A stretch of DNA of 64,000 bases. Origin: a virus. The position numbers and the translations under genes were made by a program. This document shows positions 8,273-17,791 of this stretch, piece after piece (the stretch's first letter is position 1; the number at the start of each line of letters is the position of its first letter). The stretch lies in the IMG/VR virus record IMGVR_UViG_3300032374_000001, positions 3,658 through 67,657 of that record; one strand, given 5' to 3'. Below the pieces are notes generated by a model. That model was given only the letters and a program-made list of their open reading frames with translations. It did no database searches and had not been told where the DNA came from.

Positions 8273-8640
8273 GCGGCACGCCCCCGGATGTCGCGCATAA
8301 CCTGCTCTAGGCCCTTCGCGATGCCGTTGAGCGAGGATTGGGCGCCCGCGATACCGTGCCGGGTTTCCGTAGCCGCGCCTTCCGCCTCCCTAGCGAGCGT
8401 CCCGATGGCCTTATCGATGGCCGCGACCGCTTGCTCGTTGTCCTTCAGCGCCTCGGCGCTGGCGGCAATCGCGGCCTTGCAACTCTCCGCGATGCCGACG
8501 ATCCGCTCAAGGTCGGAAAGGTGTTTTGCCTTGGCGGCAGACACCTCCCGATAGAGGTAGACCACGGCCACGGCCAGGATCGCGATTGCACCGAACGCCC
8601 CGTGCTCCCTCAGGAGATTGGCGATATCGAGGCTGGTCAC
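8269..8640 (-). CDS. Single-TM coiled-coil protein (holin- or spanin-like candidate)
   Basis: GTG start, GAFGAIAILAVAVVYLY TM then heptad helix. Confidence 0.65.
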   Translation of the reverse strand: MTSLDIANLLREHGAFGAIAILAVAVVYLYREVSAAKAKHLSDLERIVGIAESCKAAIAASAEALKDNEQAVAAIDKAIGTLAREAEGAATETRHGIAGAQSSLNGIAKGLEQVMRDIRGRAA

Positions 8641-8812
8641 GTTGCGTCGCGTCCCCTCCCAGTGTGGCGGGCAGGCACTTGCGGCGCAGTCCATTGTCGG
8701 GCGACCAATCGCTCAGCCATTCGCGGTCTGTCCTATGCAGATCGAGGGTGGTTAGGGGCTGTCCGTCGCTCCGCCAAGAAAGGCGGACGGCCCCGCACGC
8801 TTGAGGAAGGGG

Positions 8813-9310
8813 TTAGCGCTTCGGCGGCACGGTAGCGCCGGCAACGCCCGTGGTGCGCTCGTACGTCCGCATCGCGCCGAGGCCGAGCATGCCGATGAGG
8901 ACTGGCATGAAGTCGCTGACGATAAGCGTGGGCGGCGCCGGGAACGCTACGTCGAGCGCGACACTCAGGATCGCCCCGGCCCACGTCAGCAGCGGCGCCA
9001 GGAGGAACTGGTACAGGAACGCTGCGACGCAGGACCAGCCGAGCGCCGGACGCCACCGCGAGCTGAACCGGTCATTGCCCTGCGCCTCGGCGAGGTTGAT
9101 CGCGCTCTGTGCCTCGGCCTGCTTGCTCATCGCCTCGGTGATGGCGACCTCGCGCTGAGAAATGGCAAGCTCGACTTCCTTCTGCGCCTGCTCGCGCGCC
9201 GCGGGATCGGGCACGAGCCGGTCCACGAGGATCTTCGCCGTCTCGGTGACGGTCGGGAGAACGCCCGGCAGAACCGAACCGATGATGCCGCCTATGATGC
9301 CGCCAGCCAT
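8813..9310 (-). CDS. 3TM holin (DUF3154/GTA-holin type)
   Basis: INLAEAQGNDRFSSRWRPALGWSC...MPVLIGMLGLGAMRTYE; adjacent to lysin. Confidence 0.85.
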   Translation of the reverse strand: MAGGIIGGIIGSVLPGVLPTVTETAKILVDRLVPDPAAREQAQKEVELAISQREVAITEAMSKQAEAQSAINLAEAQGNDRFSSRWRPALGWSCVAAFLYQFLLAPLLTWAGAILSVALDVAFPAPPTLIVSDFMPVLIGMLGLGAMRTYERTTGVAGATVPPKR

Positions 9311-9311
9311 G

Positions 9312-10022
9312 TCACGTCCTCGGATATTTGGTACGGAGTCGGTCGAGCATGGAGGCCCAAAAGCTCTGCTGTGGCGCGGGGGCTGGCGCCACGACGTCAG
9401 GCGGCGGCACCACAGGATTTCCCGGATTGCGCGGTGCAGGCTTGACGAGAGGGCCGGTGGGTGGGGGAAGGGGTGAGGTCTGAACGGGCGGGGTGGGGAC
9501 AGGCGCCAGGGTCGCCATGTTGGTCGCCTCGCGCAGCACGCCATCCACGCGCGCGGTCCAGCCCTTGCCGAAATCCTTCCACGTCGAGAGGCGCCGCAGG
9601 AACGTCATGCGATCCGCACAGATGCGCTCGATGATCTGATCTGCTGGCCTGCCCGCCACGTTGGCGAGTGTGACCGAACCGATCACGCCGTCGTCAGCAA
9701 CGCCGATCGCGCGCTGAAGCGCCATGGCGGCGCGTTTCGGCCCTGAGTTCACGGCGAAGTCGAAGACGCAGTAATCCACCCCCGGCGGGAGTTCGTCGGC
9801 GCGGACCCTCGCCCAGTAGTTCTTGCGGTAGATCGGCCCGACGCTCGTCTTCGTCAGGGCACGCACATCGTCCTTGCTGGCAGATCGGCCGAGCCAATCG
9901 GACAGCGTGCCGATGGTGACGCCGAGGTTCGTCGCGCCGCCGGGATCGCGCGGATGATCGACGTACCCGCCCTCATGCTTCAGGACGAGCGCGAGCGCCC
10001 GGTCGAAATTGCCGGCGGCCAT
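9312..10022 (-). CDS. Endolysin, glycoside hydrolase family 108 with PG-binding domain
   Basis: HEGGYVDHPRDPGGATNLGVT; FDFAVNSG; FGKGWTARV; Pro-rich tail. Confidence 0.95.
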   Translation of the reverse strand: MAAGNFDRALALVLKHEGGYVDHPRDPGGATNLGVTIGTLSDWLGRSASKDDVRALTKTSVGPIYRKNYWARVRADELPPGVDYCVFDFAVNSGPKRAAMALQRAIGVADDGVIGSVTLANVAGRPADQIIERICADRMTFLRRLSTWKDFGKGWTARVDGVLREATNMATLAPVPTPPVQTSPLPPPTGPLVKPAPRNPGNPVVPPPDVVAPAPAPQQSFWASMLDRLRTKYPRT

Positions 10023-10069
10023 AGGATGTCCTCAATTGTTCAGGGAAGGCGTGCGCGGAGAGGCGGCGC

Positions 10070-10306
10070 GTGATAGGCTCAGCGCTTGGTGCAATTGACC
10101 GGAGCGCTCAGGCGATGTTTTCGGTAGAGCCCGCAGCCCCAGCGCGAGACATCTTGTCGATTAGCTCTGCGGACTATGAGCGGTTGACGAACGAAAACTG
10201 CGAGCATCCGCTTGAAGTTAGAGCCGACACGGAAGTTTGGGTGACAGAGTTTCTGTCGCCGAGATTGGTGTGGGTCATCTACCGCCCGGTCAGGCGGTGG
10301 GACTAA
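10070..10306 (+). CDS. Hypothetical protein (moron)
   Basis: ORF on strand opposite the late operon. Confidence 0.45.
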   Translation: MIGSALGAIDRSAQAMFSVEPAAPARDILSISSADYERLTNENCEHPLEVRADTEVWVTEFLSPRLVWVIYRPVRRWD

Positions 10307-10533
10307 GTCGCAGGCGGCAGAGCGATCTCCACCCACCGCTCCCACCAAATTCGCCAACCCGCCTCCCAAACCGCCAGGCAGAGGTTGACGTAGGCGATGT
10401 CTTCAGGGCGCATGGCTATCTCGACGCGTTAAGGCGCGGGCGGCGGTTGGGCGAGTGGTCACCGCCAACAGCCTCAAGACATCCGCTCAAGCCTGTGGTA
10501 CGCACTTCATCCCTTGGTGAGCGGGATTGATTT

Positions 10534-10842
10534 ATGGCCGAGATTGCTCTCATCGCGCTGGATATCGAGCGGGTCGGCGCGCTGCGGCTGGACAAGGGCG
10601 AACTTACCGATCGAATCGCCGACGCGGTGCAGATGTGGCCCGAACGCCATCAGAGCAGCAACATTCCGCACTTCGGCGGCGGGCAGCTACTCTCTGTCGG
10701 TCCGGCAGATGCCCCGCAGATCGTCGTTGTCAGCGAGGCCGGCGGGGTCAGAGTAAGCGAGGCCCGCGAAGTTGATCCAGCCGCGCTTTCCGAGATGGCC
10801 GCGTGCTTGGAACGGCACGGCTATAAGGTCACGAGGGGCTAG
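10534..10842 (+). CDS. Hypothetical protein (moron)
   Basis: ORF on strand opposite the late operon; natural composition. Confidence 0.65.
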   Translation: MAEIALIALDIERVGALRLDKGELTDRIADAVQMWPERHQSSNIPHFGGGQLLSVGPADAPQIVVVSEAGGVRVSEAREVDPAALSEMAACLERHGYKVTRG

Positions 10843-10860
10843 GCTTGGCGCCTGACTTCT

Positions 10861-13800
10861 TCAGGCTGCCTTGCGGCTCTTGCGAGCAGCAGCGCGCTCA
10901 CCGGCCCAGATGAATAGCGTCAGCTCTTCGTAGCGGAAGCCGTAGCGCTCGCCCGCGGGATGGCCGGGAATGGCCGGGCGGACCATCTTCGTCCGCAGGA
11001 TCGGCTTTCCATCCTCGCCGATGATCGAGTTGCCGTCCGCGTCTGTGTCCTCGACTTCTTCGAAGACCGCCTCTTCCGGCTCAACCGCATCCCACCGGTC
11101 CAGGCAGATGAAGCCGTAGGCCATCGGGTTGTCGATGCCGTGCTCGGCTGCGAGCGCGATGGCCCGCTGCACGGTCATGCCGACATGCAGGCGAGCGTCC
11201 GCACCCTTCTCGGCGTAGCTGGCCTTCCACGTGTAGATGCCGATCTCGTCACCGAGCGCGCAGGCCCAGGCGATTTCGGCATTCGTCAGGGGCGAGACGC
11301 GTGCGTCGGCAAGGTCTCTCCCGGCGCGGTCGAGCTTTTCCCTCGCGTCCGACGTGTTGATCGTGCCGGAGGCCGCAAACACCTGCGTCGCGCGGAACGC
11401 CGCGGTCCCGAACGACCAGACGTTGTCGAGGCTGTGCGAGATGGTGCCGCCGCCTTGGAAACCGCCCGAGAGGTTCGCGAGCAAGCCGCCGCCGCGGTAC
11501 TCCAGATACCCCGTATCGGTCGCTTGGCCCGACGTGATGCTGATCGTACCGCTACCGCCCTGGGTGATGCGGGGAGCCGGGTTGATGGCATCGAGGTACA
11601 GGCCGTCCGATCCGCGCAATCTGCCCGCGCCGACCGTGAAGCCGGCATCGTTGAAGGTCCATGTCCGTGTGACGCCAGCGCCGTCGAGATAGGACAGCAC
11701 ACGGGGCCCTGTGAGCCTGAAGGCATCCCCATCGTAGAGCCGCGCTGCCCGGATGATCGGGGCGTAGATATGACCCTCGACGCGATTGCCAGGGTGGTTG
11801 ATTGGGGAGCCGCCGTAGGTCTGGTCTACCCCGTCGTTGAAGAGGTCCGTGACGCTGAGGGTCGGCCGCACGATGGTTGGCGACAGGTAGTCGAAGCCGA
11901 TGACATCGATCGCGCCGGCGGCCGCACACGTGATCGTTGGCGTGTAGAGCCCGCCGCGGGACACGATAACGGACGACCATAGATTGGGCTTGGTCTCACC
12001 GTAGCTCGCTTCGAAGGTCTTTCCGAGGATGTACAGAACACCGTAGTTGCCGTTCCTCTCGAAGATCAGATCAAATGTCTGATCGGTCGGCGGCGTGATG
12101 GTGATGCCGTTCGCGATGTCTATGGTGAGAACGTCGCTGCCGTCGCCGGAGGATTGCACGATGTTGTAGACGTTGGGCGTCGTGGTCGCGACGATCTCGA
12201 TCTTGTCGCCGCTGCCCGGCCCGGTGCTAAGGGCGATCGGCGTCGAACCGTTGGTGGCGAGTTTGGTCGGGTCGAGCACCCAGCGGACGGAATGGCCATA
12301 GGCCTGGCGAGTACCGGCCGCGCCGTTAGTGATCGTCGTCTTGGTAAGCACCCGCTCCATCAGGCCTTCGGTCGGATCGAAGCCGAAGACGGCACGATCG
12401 CACATCCGGTTGATGTCGAGGATACCGAGGCGGAGCCACTTGGCGTAGCTGCGGATGAGGCCGGCGGCCTGATCGCGCAGTTCCAGCGCCGCCATTGAGT
12501 TCGCGGTGCCGTCCACCGGATTGCCGGGCCCGACGTAGGGGCGCGGCACGAGGTTGGTCAGCAGGACGATGTCGGTCGTGTAGGCGTCGGCGCCCATGCC
12601 GAAGCGCCAAGAGCGGATCTCGGTGACCGCGGCGAGGATGGCCGAGATGTTGGTTCCAGGGTTCATCCCGAACGAGATGAAGACGCGCGTCGGCTGGAGA
12701 TCCTTAACGTAGGCGAGCCAGGCCCGCGCCGTCGTGCCGGCCCACTCGATGATGCGCGTGGGCGTGCTCTGGATGGTGCCGTTGATGCTGCCCCAGCCAG
12801 CGCCGCCGATGGCGCGGTCGAAGAACGCGACGGACCGGCCCGAGGCGCGCGCTTGCGCCCGCAGCTCGCGCTCCAGCACCGTCGCGAGCATGCAGCTACG
12901 GCCGAAGGTGTTGGCCTGATAGGTCGAGATCGAGTCACCGATCAGCACCTCGCGGGCAGCGAGCGTCCGGCACGAGGTCGGGCAGTGCTCTAGGGGAGAC
13001 AGGTCGCCTGCGATCTGCGGCGCCGCAGAAACCGCAAAGTCGGGAACGACCCGCTTGCGATACAGACCGTCGATCTTGCCGCGCCCAACGACGGTCAGGT
13101 CCATGTAGCTCCCCAGGTCGGTCGTCGCACCGACCGTGATGGGGGAGTCCAAGCGAACCACTTTTGTGAGCAGCGCAGCGGCTTGAACGGCGGCCAAATT
13201 CCCCGCGAGGATGGCCGGCGAACTGCCAGGGAGCGCACCCAATTGCTCCAGCGAAAGGCTGCCGGCGTTGACGATCTCCCACCAGCGCGCGGTCGATCCC
13301 GACGACCGGAACCGGCCCGGCCCGGCCGTGGTCGCGGCGCTCTCGACGTAGCTCGCCGCGCCAATGCCCGGCACTGTCGCGCCCGCAACCCGCACGACGC
13401 GCTGGCCAGCCGGAATGCCCGCCGCAGATGCATCCGCGATCGTCGGGAAGTCGTAGGGCAGCTGCCCGTTGCCGAGGCTGCTATCTGCCTTGCCGGCCAC
13501 AGCAGAGGACTGGACATACCTCCAGACCAAGCCGAGATCGCGGTCGATGCTCAGCTCGAACGCAACCTCGCTGTAGGGTAGGAGCGTGGTCGGAGGGCTC
13601 CCCGTGATGGGCAGGCCCATCGGGTCGAAGGAGACGTTGAGCAGCGGCGTGGCGCCGGTCGAGAAGGTGGCCGGACGCCCGACATCGGCTGTCTGCGGAA
13701 ATTGGAGGACGAGCCCGGAGAACCGCGCGTTGGCCGGCGTGGTGATGACGGCGCGGAGCTTGTCCTGGCTGAGGATGATGCGCGTGGGTCGGGTGACGCC

Positions 13801-16710
13801 GTCGCTGCCAACCTCCGTCTCGCCGTTGACCCGGAACAGCTCCGACGTGTTGGTCGCGAACGGGAGCGCCGGGTTCCACTCGTAGTAGGTGGCGTCCCTC
13901 TGCCAGCCGTTGCGCCGATTGACCGTGTCGATCATCGGGCTGCGGACATCGGCCCGGCGGAAGCTCCCGCCGCGCAGGTCCATGACCACAGGCCCGTCGA
14001 TGTCGATGTCGAAGACGGCGCGACCCGTCGTCTTGGTCGCCTCGGCGGCAGAGCCGGGCACCGCATCGACCTTGAGGTCGGGCACGCCGCGCACGCGGAT
14101 CTCCGGCCCCTTGCCGACGAGCTGCTTCGGGTTGGTGTAGAGGATGCGGGTCCACGGCGTTCCCGGAACGCTCTGGTCCTCGTAAGTAATCGTGATGTCG
14201 ATATCGACATCGTCGGTGCCGAGGATGTCGCGCGAGTTCACGTTGCCGAAGTTTTTGAGATACTTCAGCAGATAGACCTTGCGGTTGCCCATCGGGCCCT
14301 TGACGCGCACGAGACCCTTGAGTGTGATCTTGCTCGGCATCTCGATCGGCTTGAGCGTGTCGAAGGTTCGCGCCGGACCGAGCAGATCCAGGATGGCGAA
14401 CTCGCGGTCCTCGGGCGACCCGCGCGTGTCGATGTCGAGCACGAAATCGGTGAGCGAGAGGACGCCGCCGTACTGCATGTAATCGGTGCGGGCGCGAAAC
14501 AGCGCCTGGCCGGGATGGCAGATGCTGTAGTGGCCGCCGACGGCCTGAATATCCCGACCGGCAAAGTGCAGACAGAATGGATTGGCCGAGTTGCTGACGG
14601 AAACATCAATGCCGATCGCCTTGAGGCCGTACTGCGCGTGCCCGCCGATCGCGTCGGCGTAGTTACCGCCGAACAGTCGGATGTTCTTAGCCCGCTGGCC
14701 GTCGTAAGAGCGCCGCCCACCGCCACCGGTTGGACTGTAAATATCGATGTCGGCGGACAAGCCGACCTGAATGGCATAGTTGGTGTTGCCGACGCCCAGA
14801 TCCGTCATGGCGGGCGTGTGCAGCGTCGCGCCGGTGCAGCCGGTCAGGTTGAGGCCGACCAGCGTCTGCGCTGCGCTGGACCCCTTGACCTCAATCCCGC
14901 GCAGTTCGGTGTTGCAGCGGGTCAACTGGATGACCGAACCGCGCGGCGTCACCGCGGGACCGTACAGCACAACCCGCGGCGGGCTGATCGACAGGCGGTT
15001 GCGGATGGTCTGAGCCTTGAACGTGCCTTGCGTCCAGGCCACCAGCGGTGCCGTCAGGGTGTGGGTGCCGGAGCCCGCCGTGGTCGCGGCAATCGCGCCA
15101 CCACCGACCGAGAGCGCGACATTGAAGCCGGCCATGCCCGCGTTGACGACGAAGTAGAACCGATCGCGCTGGAACGGCGCAGGCAGTTCGCCCGTGGTCT
15201 CCAACGTGAACGGGTCGCCGTTGCGCAGCGGGTGGCCGTTGCGGGCGAAGTAGGCCGGAGCCGCCTGTGAGATCGAGACCGGGAAGACGCGGCCCGTCGT
15301 GGTGGTGTCCCACTTGGCGATGAGCGGGGGGCTGATGTGGCCGTCCTCGTCATCGACCACGAACACGTCGCCCATGCGGGTGCCGCCGGTCGAGATGTAG
15401 ATGGTGAGCGTGCCCGCCCCTGCGGAACTGAAGCTGATCGGCGCGCCGCCGGGCGAGGTCGCGATCTGCAAGCTGTCGAGGGTGACGTTGACCGCGTAGT
15501 AGTAGGTGCCGGCCGTGAGCGGCGCGGGCAGGGTCGGAGTGACGTTCGGATCGGCGCTGTCGGCCGAGACCGTGATCAGACGGTTCAGGGGCGCGCCGTG
15601 GGTGGCGCGCATGATGCCGTCGGATGCGATCGTCACCGACAGGGCGTTGGCGGACCCGTCCTGCGCCTCAAGGTTATAGGCTGCGGTGCCTGCGGTCGTG
15701 GGCGTGATCGGTGCCCCGCCCAGCGTCGCAGAGAGCTTGAGCGTCAGTTGCGTGCGCGCGACGACGTAGTAGGTCGGCCCCGGCGCATCGACCGTTCCAG
15801 AGGCGAAGGGTGCGGGCGGGTTGGCGCCGACACGGAACTTGATCGGCGTGCCGTTCGGATAGCCGTCGGCCGCACGCGCGATGGTGGCGGGATTGTTGCC
15901 CGTGGCGACCGCGGTGAAGGTCGAGCCGTTGCGCTCCAGAAGGGCTTGGTCGATCGTGTCGAGGGTGATGCACTGGCCCTTGCGCGACGGCGAGACGCCG
16001 CGCAGGCGGGATGCGCCCTGAACCGCACCAGCCCAGCGCTGGACCTCATCCAAGGGGACGATCTCGACATCATCGGGATCGGGCGCGATGGTGAGCGCGT
16101 AGCCCGGCGCCGTGTCGTAGGTGAGTGCTGCACCGACGGGCACACCGCCAGACACCGACCACACCGCCACGCCATCGAGGCCGACGTCGGTCGCCGGGCC
16201 TGCGACGCCGTTGAAATAGAGCACGACGCGATGGCCAGGGATCAGGTTGGCCAGCGTGACGGTCGCCCGATCCGAACTGACGATGGCGCCGCTTGCCGAA
16301 ATGGGCGCCGAGCGCGCACCTTCCGCAGGCGTGTAGATCGTGCCCTCGTAATCGCCCTCATCGTAGATGCCGACCTCGCCGAGGCAGAGGTAGCCGGCGC
16401 CATTCGGGCCGCGCGGTAGGCGGGGACGAATGCCGTTGTTGTGGCAGTAGAGCAGGTAGGCGTTGAGGGGTGCCGTCTGATCGGTCGCGCCGGACCGCAG
16501 CAAGCCATTGTCATCAAGGCGGGCATTCGCCACCACGCCGCGCGCGACGGGGAGAAGGGCGTCACCCAACACGTCGGAAACAGAGCGATCCTGCGTTGCG
16601 CCCTTGGCCGTGACGACCATCTCGGTCGCATCGCCCGCCAGACGGTCGCTGGGGCCGATTTCCTGATAGCCGCCGCCGGACGCAGAACGCAGGGCCTTGA
16701 CAGACGCCAT
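10861..16710 (-). CDS. Tail fibre/tailspike, 1949 aa: repeat modules, beta-helix-like region, SGNH hydrolase, C-terminal peptidase S74-type chaperone
   Basis: IGDSIS...RAIGG...SFGMN...NHP (SGNH); TSDAREK...ARLHVG...RYGFRYEEL (S74); position after baseplate. Confidence 0.9.
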   Translation of the reverse strand: MASVKALRSASGGGYQEIGPSDRLAGDATEMVVTAKGATQDRSVSDVLGDALLPVARGVVANARLDDNGLLRSGATDQTAPLNAYLLYCHNNGIRPRLPRGPNGAGYLCLGEVGIYDEGDYEGTIYTPAEGARSAPISASGAIVSSDRATVTLANLIPGHRVVLYFNGVAGPATDVGLDGVAVWSVSGGVPVGAALTYDTAPGYALTIAPDPDDVEIVPLDEVQRWAGAVQGASRLRGVSPSRKGQCITLDTIDQALLERNGSTFTAVATGNNPATIARAADGYPNGTPIKFRVGANPPAPFASGTVDAPGPTYYVVARTQLTLKLSATLGGAPITPTTAGTAAYNLEAQDGSANALSVTIASDGIMRATHGAPLNRLITVSADSADPNVTPTLPAPLTAGTYYYAVNVTLDSLQIATSPGGAPISFSSAGAGTLTIYISTGGTRMGDVFVVDDEDGHISPPLIAKWDTTTTGRVFPVSISQAAPAYFARNGHPLRNGDPFTLETTGELPAPFQRDRFYFVVNAGMAGFNVALSVGGGAIAATTAGSGTHTLTAPLVAWTQGTFKAQTIRNRLSISPPRVVLYGPAVTPRGSVIQLTRCNTELRGIEVKGSSAAQTLVGLNLTGCTGATLHTPAMTDLGVGNTNYAIQVGLSADIDIYSPTGGGGRRSYDGQRAKNIRLFGGNYADAIGGHAQYGLKAIGIDVSVSNSANPFCLHFAGRDIQAVGGHYSICHPGQALFRARTDYMQYGGVLSLTDFVLDIDTRGSPEDREFAILDLLGPARTFDTLKPIEMPSKITLKGLVRVKGPMGNRKVYLLKYLKNFGNVNSRDILGTDDVDIDITITYEDQSVPGTPWTRILYTNPKQLVGKGPEIRVRGVPDLKVDAVPGSAAEATKTTGRAVFDIDIDGPVVMDLRGGSFRRADVRSPMIDTVNRRNGWQRDATYYEWNPALPFATNTSELFRVNGETEVGSDGVTRPTRIILSQDKLRAVITTPANARFSGLVLQFPQTADVGRPATFSTGATPLLNVSFDPMGLPITGSPPTTLLPYSEVAFELSIDRDLGLVWRYVQSSAVAGKADSSLGNGQLPYDFPTIADASAAGIPAGQRVVRVAGATVPGIGAASYVESAATTAGPGRFRSSGSTARWWEIVNAGSLSLEQLGALPGSSPAILAGNLAAVQAAALLTKVVRLDSPITVGATTDLGSYMDLTVVGRGKIDGLYRKRVVPDFAVSAAPQIAGDLSPLEHCPTSCRTLAAREVLIGDSISTYQANTFGRSCMLATVLERELRAQARASGRSVAFFDRAIGGAGWGSINGTIQSTPTRIIEWAGTTARAWLAYVKDLQPTRVFISFGMNPGTNISAILAAVTEIRSWRFGMGADAYTTDIVLLTNLVPRPYVGPGNPVDGTANSMAALELRDQAAGLIRSYAKWLRLGILDINRMCDRAVFGFDPTEGLMERVLTKTTITNGAAGTRQAYGHSVRWVLDPTKLATNGSTPIALSTGPGSGDKIEIVATTTPNVYNIVQSSGDGSDVLTIDIANGITITPPTDQTFDLIFERNGNYGVLYILGKTFEASYGETKPNLWSSVIVSRGGLYTPTITCAAAGAIDVIGFDYLSPTIVRPTLSVTDLFNDGVDQTYGGSPINHPGNRVEGHIYAPIIRAARLYDGDAFRLTGPRVLSYLDGAGVTRTWTFNDAGFTVGAGRLRGSDGLYLDAINPAPRITQGGSGTISITSGQATDTGYLEYRGGGLLANLSGGFQGGGTISHSLDNVWSFGTAAFRATQVFAASGTINTSDAREKLDRAGRDLADARVSPLTNAEIAWACALGDEIGIYTWKASYAEKGADARLHVGMTVQRAIALAAEHGIDNPMAYGFICLDRWDAVEPEEAVFEEVEDTDADGNSIIGEDGKPILRTKMVRPAIPGHPAGERYGFRYEELTLFIWAGERAAARKSRKAA

Positions 16711-16763
16711 GGGCCGTCAACCTCTGAATTTCGAGAGAATGGGCTTGGTTGAGTCGTCGGGCG

Positions 16764-17447
16764 CTAGGCGCGGCCGACGAAGGGGCGCGGCTGGAAAGCC
16801 AGTGCGGTCGCCGAGAGGGCTTTGCCGACGTACTGTGCCGTCTGGCCGGAGGCGGTGGGCTCGGTCGCGGTGACGGTGCCAGAGGGGCCCATGTAGTAGT
16901 CCAGCCCCGGCGACAGACCGCTCAGCGCATCGTTGACGCCGTCACGGTAGACCGCCACCGGATCGCCCTGATCCGTCGCGACCAAAGCATAGCCGTCGGT
17001 CTTCTTCGCGCCGGACGCCGACAGGCTGTCGGCCTTGCGCGCGCGCGTCACGCCCCCCACCGGAAACAGGTTGACGAGCGCGCCCTTGGGCAGGGCTTCC
17101 GCCGCGGTCACCACGAGAAAGGTCGCCGTCGTCTCGCCGGGCGCGCCTTTGACGTTGCCGTCCGGCTCCCACGTGAACGGGTCGAGCGCTGCGACCTTCC
17201 ACTCGTCTCCAGTCACGGTGTTGCGCCAGCGATCCCCGAGGGCCGGGTTCAGCGCCACGATCTCGGACGGCTGGATGGGCGGGCCGCTGGGTCCGGTGAA
17301 CGTGCGCGTGCCGCGGATCAACGAGCGCGAGACGCGCCCCAACCCATCGCCGCGCCACACCGCGATCAGGTCATCCGTGTCGTCGCCGACCAGCGCAGGA
17401 AGCTGCGGCACGGTGACTGTGATGGTCTCGGCCATGGTGATGCCCAT
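16764..17447 (-). CDS. Virion structural adaptor protein
   Basis: C-terminal GLSPGLDYYM...G...GQ...VGKALSAT domain paralogous to 34427-34912 and 34922-35548. Confidence 0.7.
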   Translation of the reverse strand: MGITMAETITVTVPQLPALVGDDTDDLIAVWRGDGLGRVSRSLIRGTRTFTGPSGPPIQPSEIVALNPALGDRWRNTVTGDEWKVAALDPFTWEPDGNVKGAPGETTATFLVVTAAEALPKGALVNLFPVGGVTRARKADSLSASGAKKTDGYALVATDQGDPVAVYRDGVNDALSGLSPGLDYYMGPSGTVTATEPTASGQTAQYVGKALSATALAFQPRPFVGRA

Positions 17448-17519
17448 GTGCTCGCGCGCCGCCGAAGGATCGGCAGCGTCGGGGAGGTCGGCGAAGGTGC
17501 GTTTGGGAGGGGCGGCGGG

Positions 17520-17783
17520 TCAGCCGCGCGCGGCGCGCCGCGATCTCGGCTTGGCCGGCTCTGGGGCAGGCTCGCTCACGAGGCCATAGGACGACAGAAC
17601 GGCCTCAAGCGCCGCCTGCGTCTGCTCTCCGTTCTCGTCGCGGGGCCAAGTCGAGGGGATGCCGCCTCGCTCCAACCACTGCGCGGTTGATGCCTCGTCC
17701 TCCGTGACGGGGCCCATGGTGATTGAGGACCACAGGCGTCCGTCGGCGGCGCGCCACACATTGCGGACGGGATCGTATTCCAT
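17520..17783 (-). CDS. Probable tail fibre assembly protein
   Basis: Small ORF coupled behind fibre gene; RLWSS...QWL..GG.P...LEAVL pattern. Confidence 0.55.
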   Translation of the reverse strand: MEYDPVRNVWRAADGRLWSSITMGPVTEDEASTAQWLERGGIPSTWPRDENGEQTQAALEAVLSSYGLVSEPAPEPAKPRSRRAARG

Positions 17784-17791
17784 GACCGCCC

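Noticed and set aside
8707-8718. 12-mer AATCGCTCAGCC shared with 47687-47698
   Set aside because: A single 12-mer match is expected by chance in 64 kb and the promoter contexts do not align
9397-9520. Pro-rich lysin tail as a separate repeat element
   Set aside because: It is an in-frame linker plus amphipathic C-terminal helix of the GH108 lysin; no DNA-level periodicity
13702-15270. Long + strand ORFs opposite structural genes (also 21684-23291, 27376-28701, 36351-37931, 51588-53360)
   Set aside because: Antisense shadows of high-GC coding frames; no RBS or motifs
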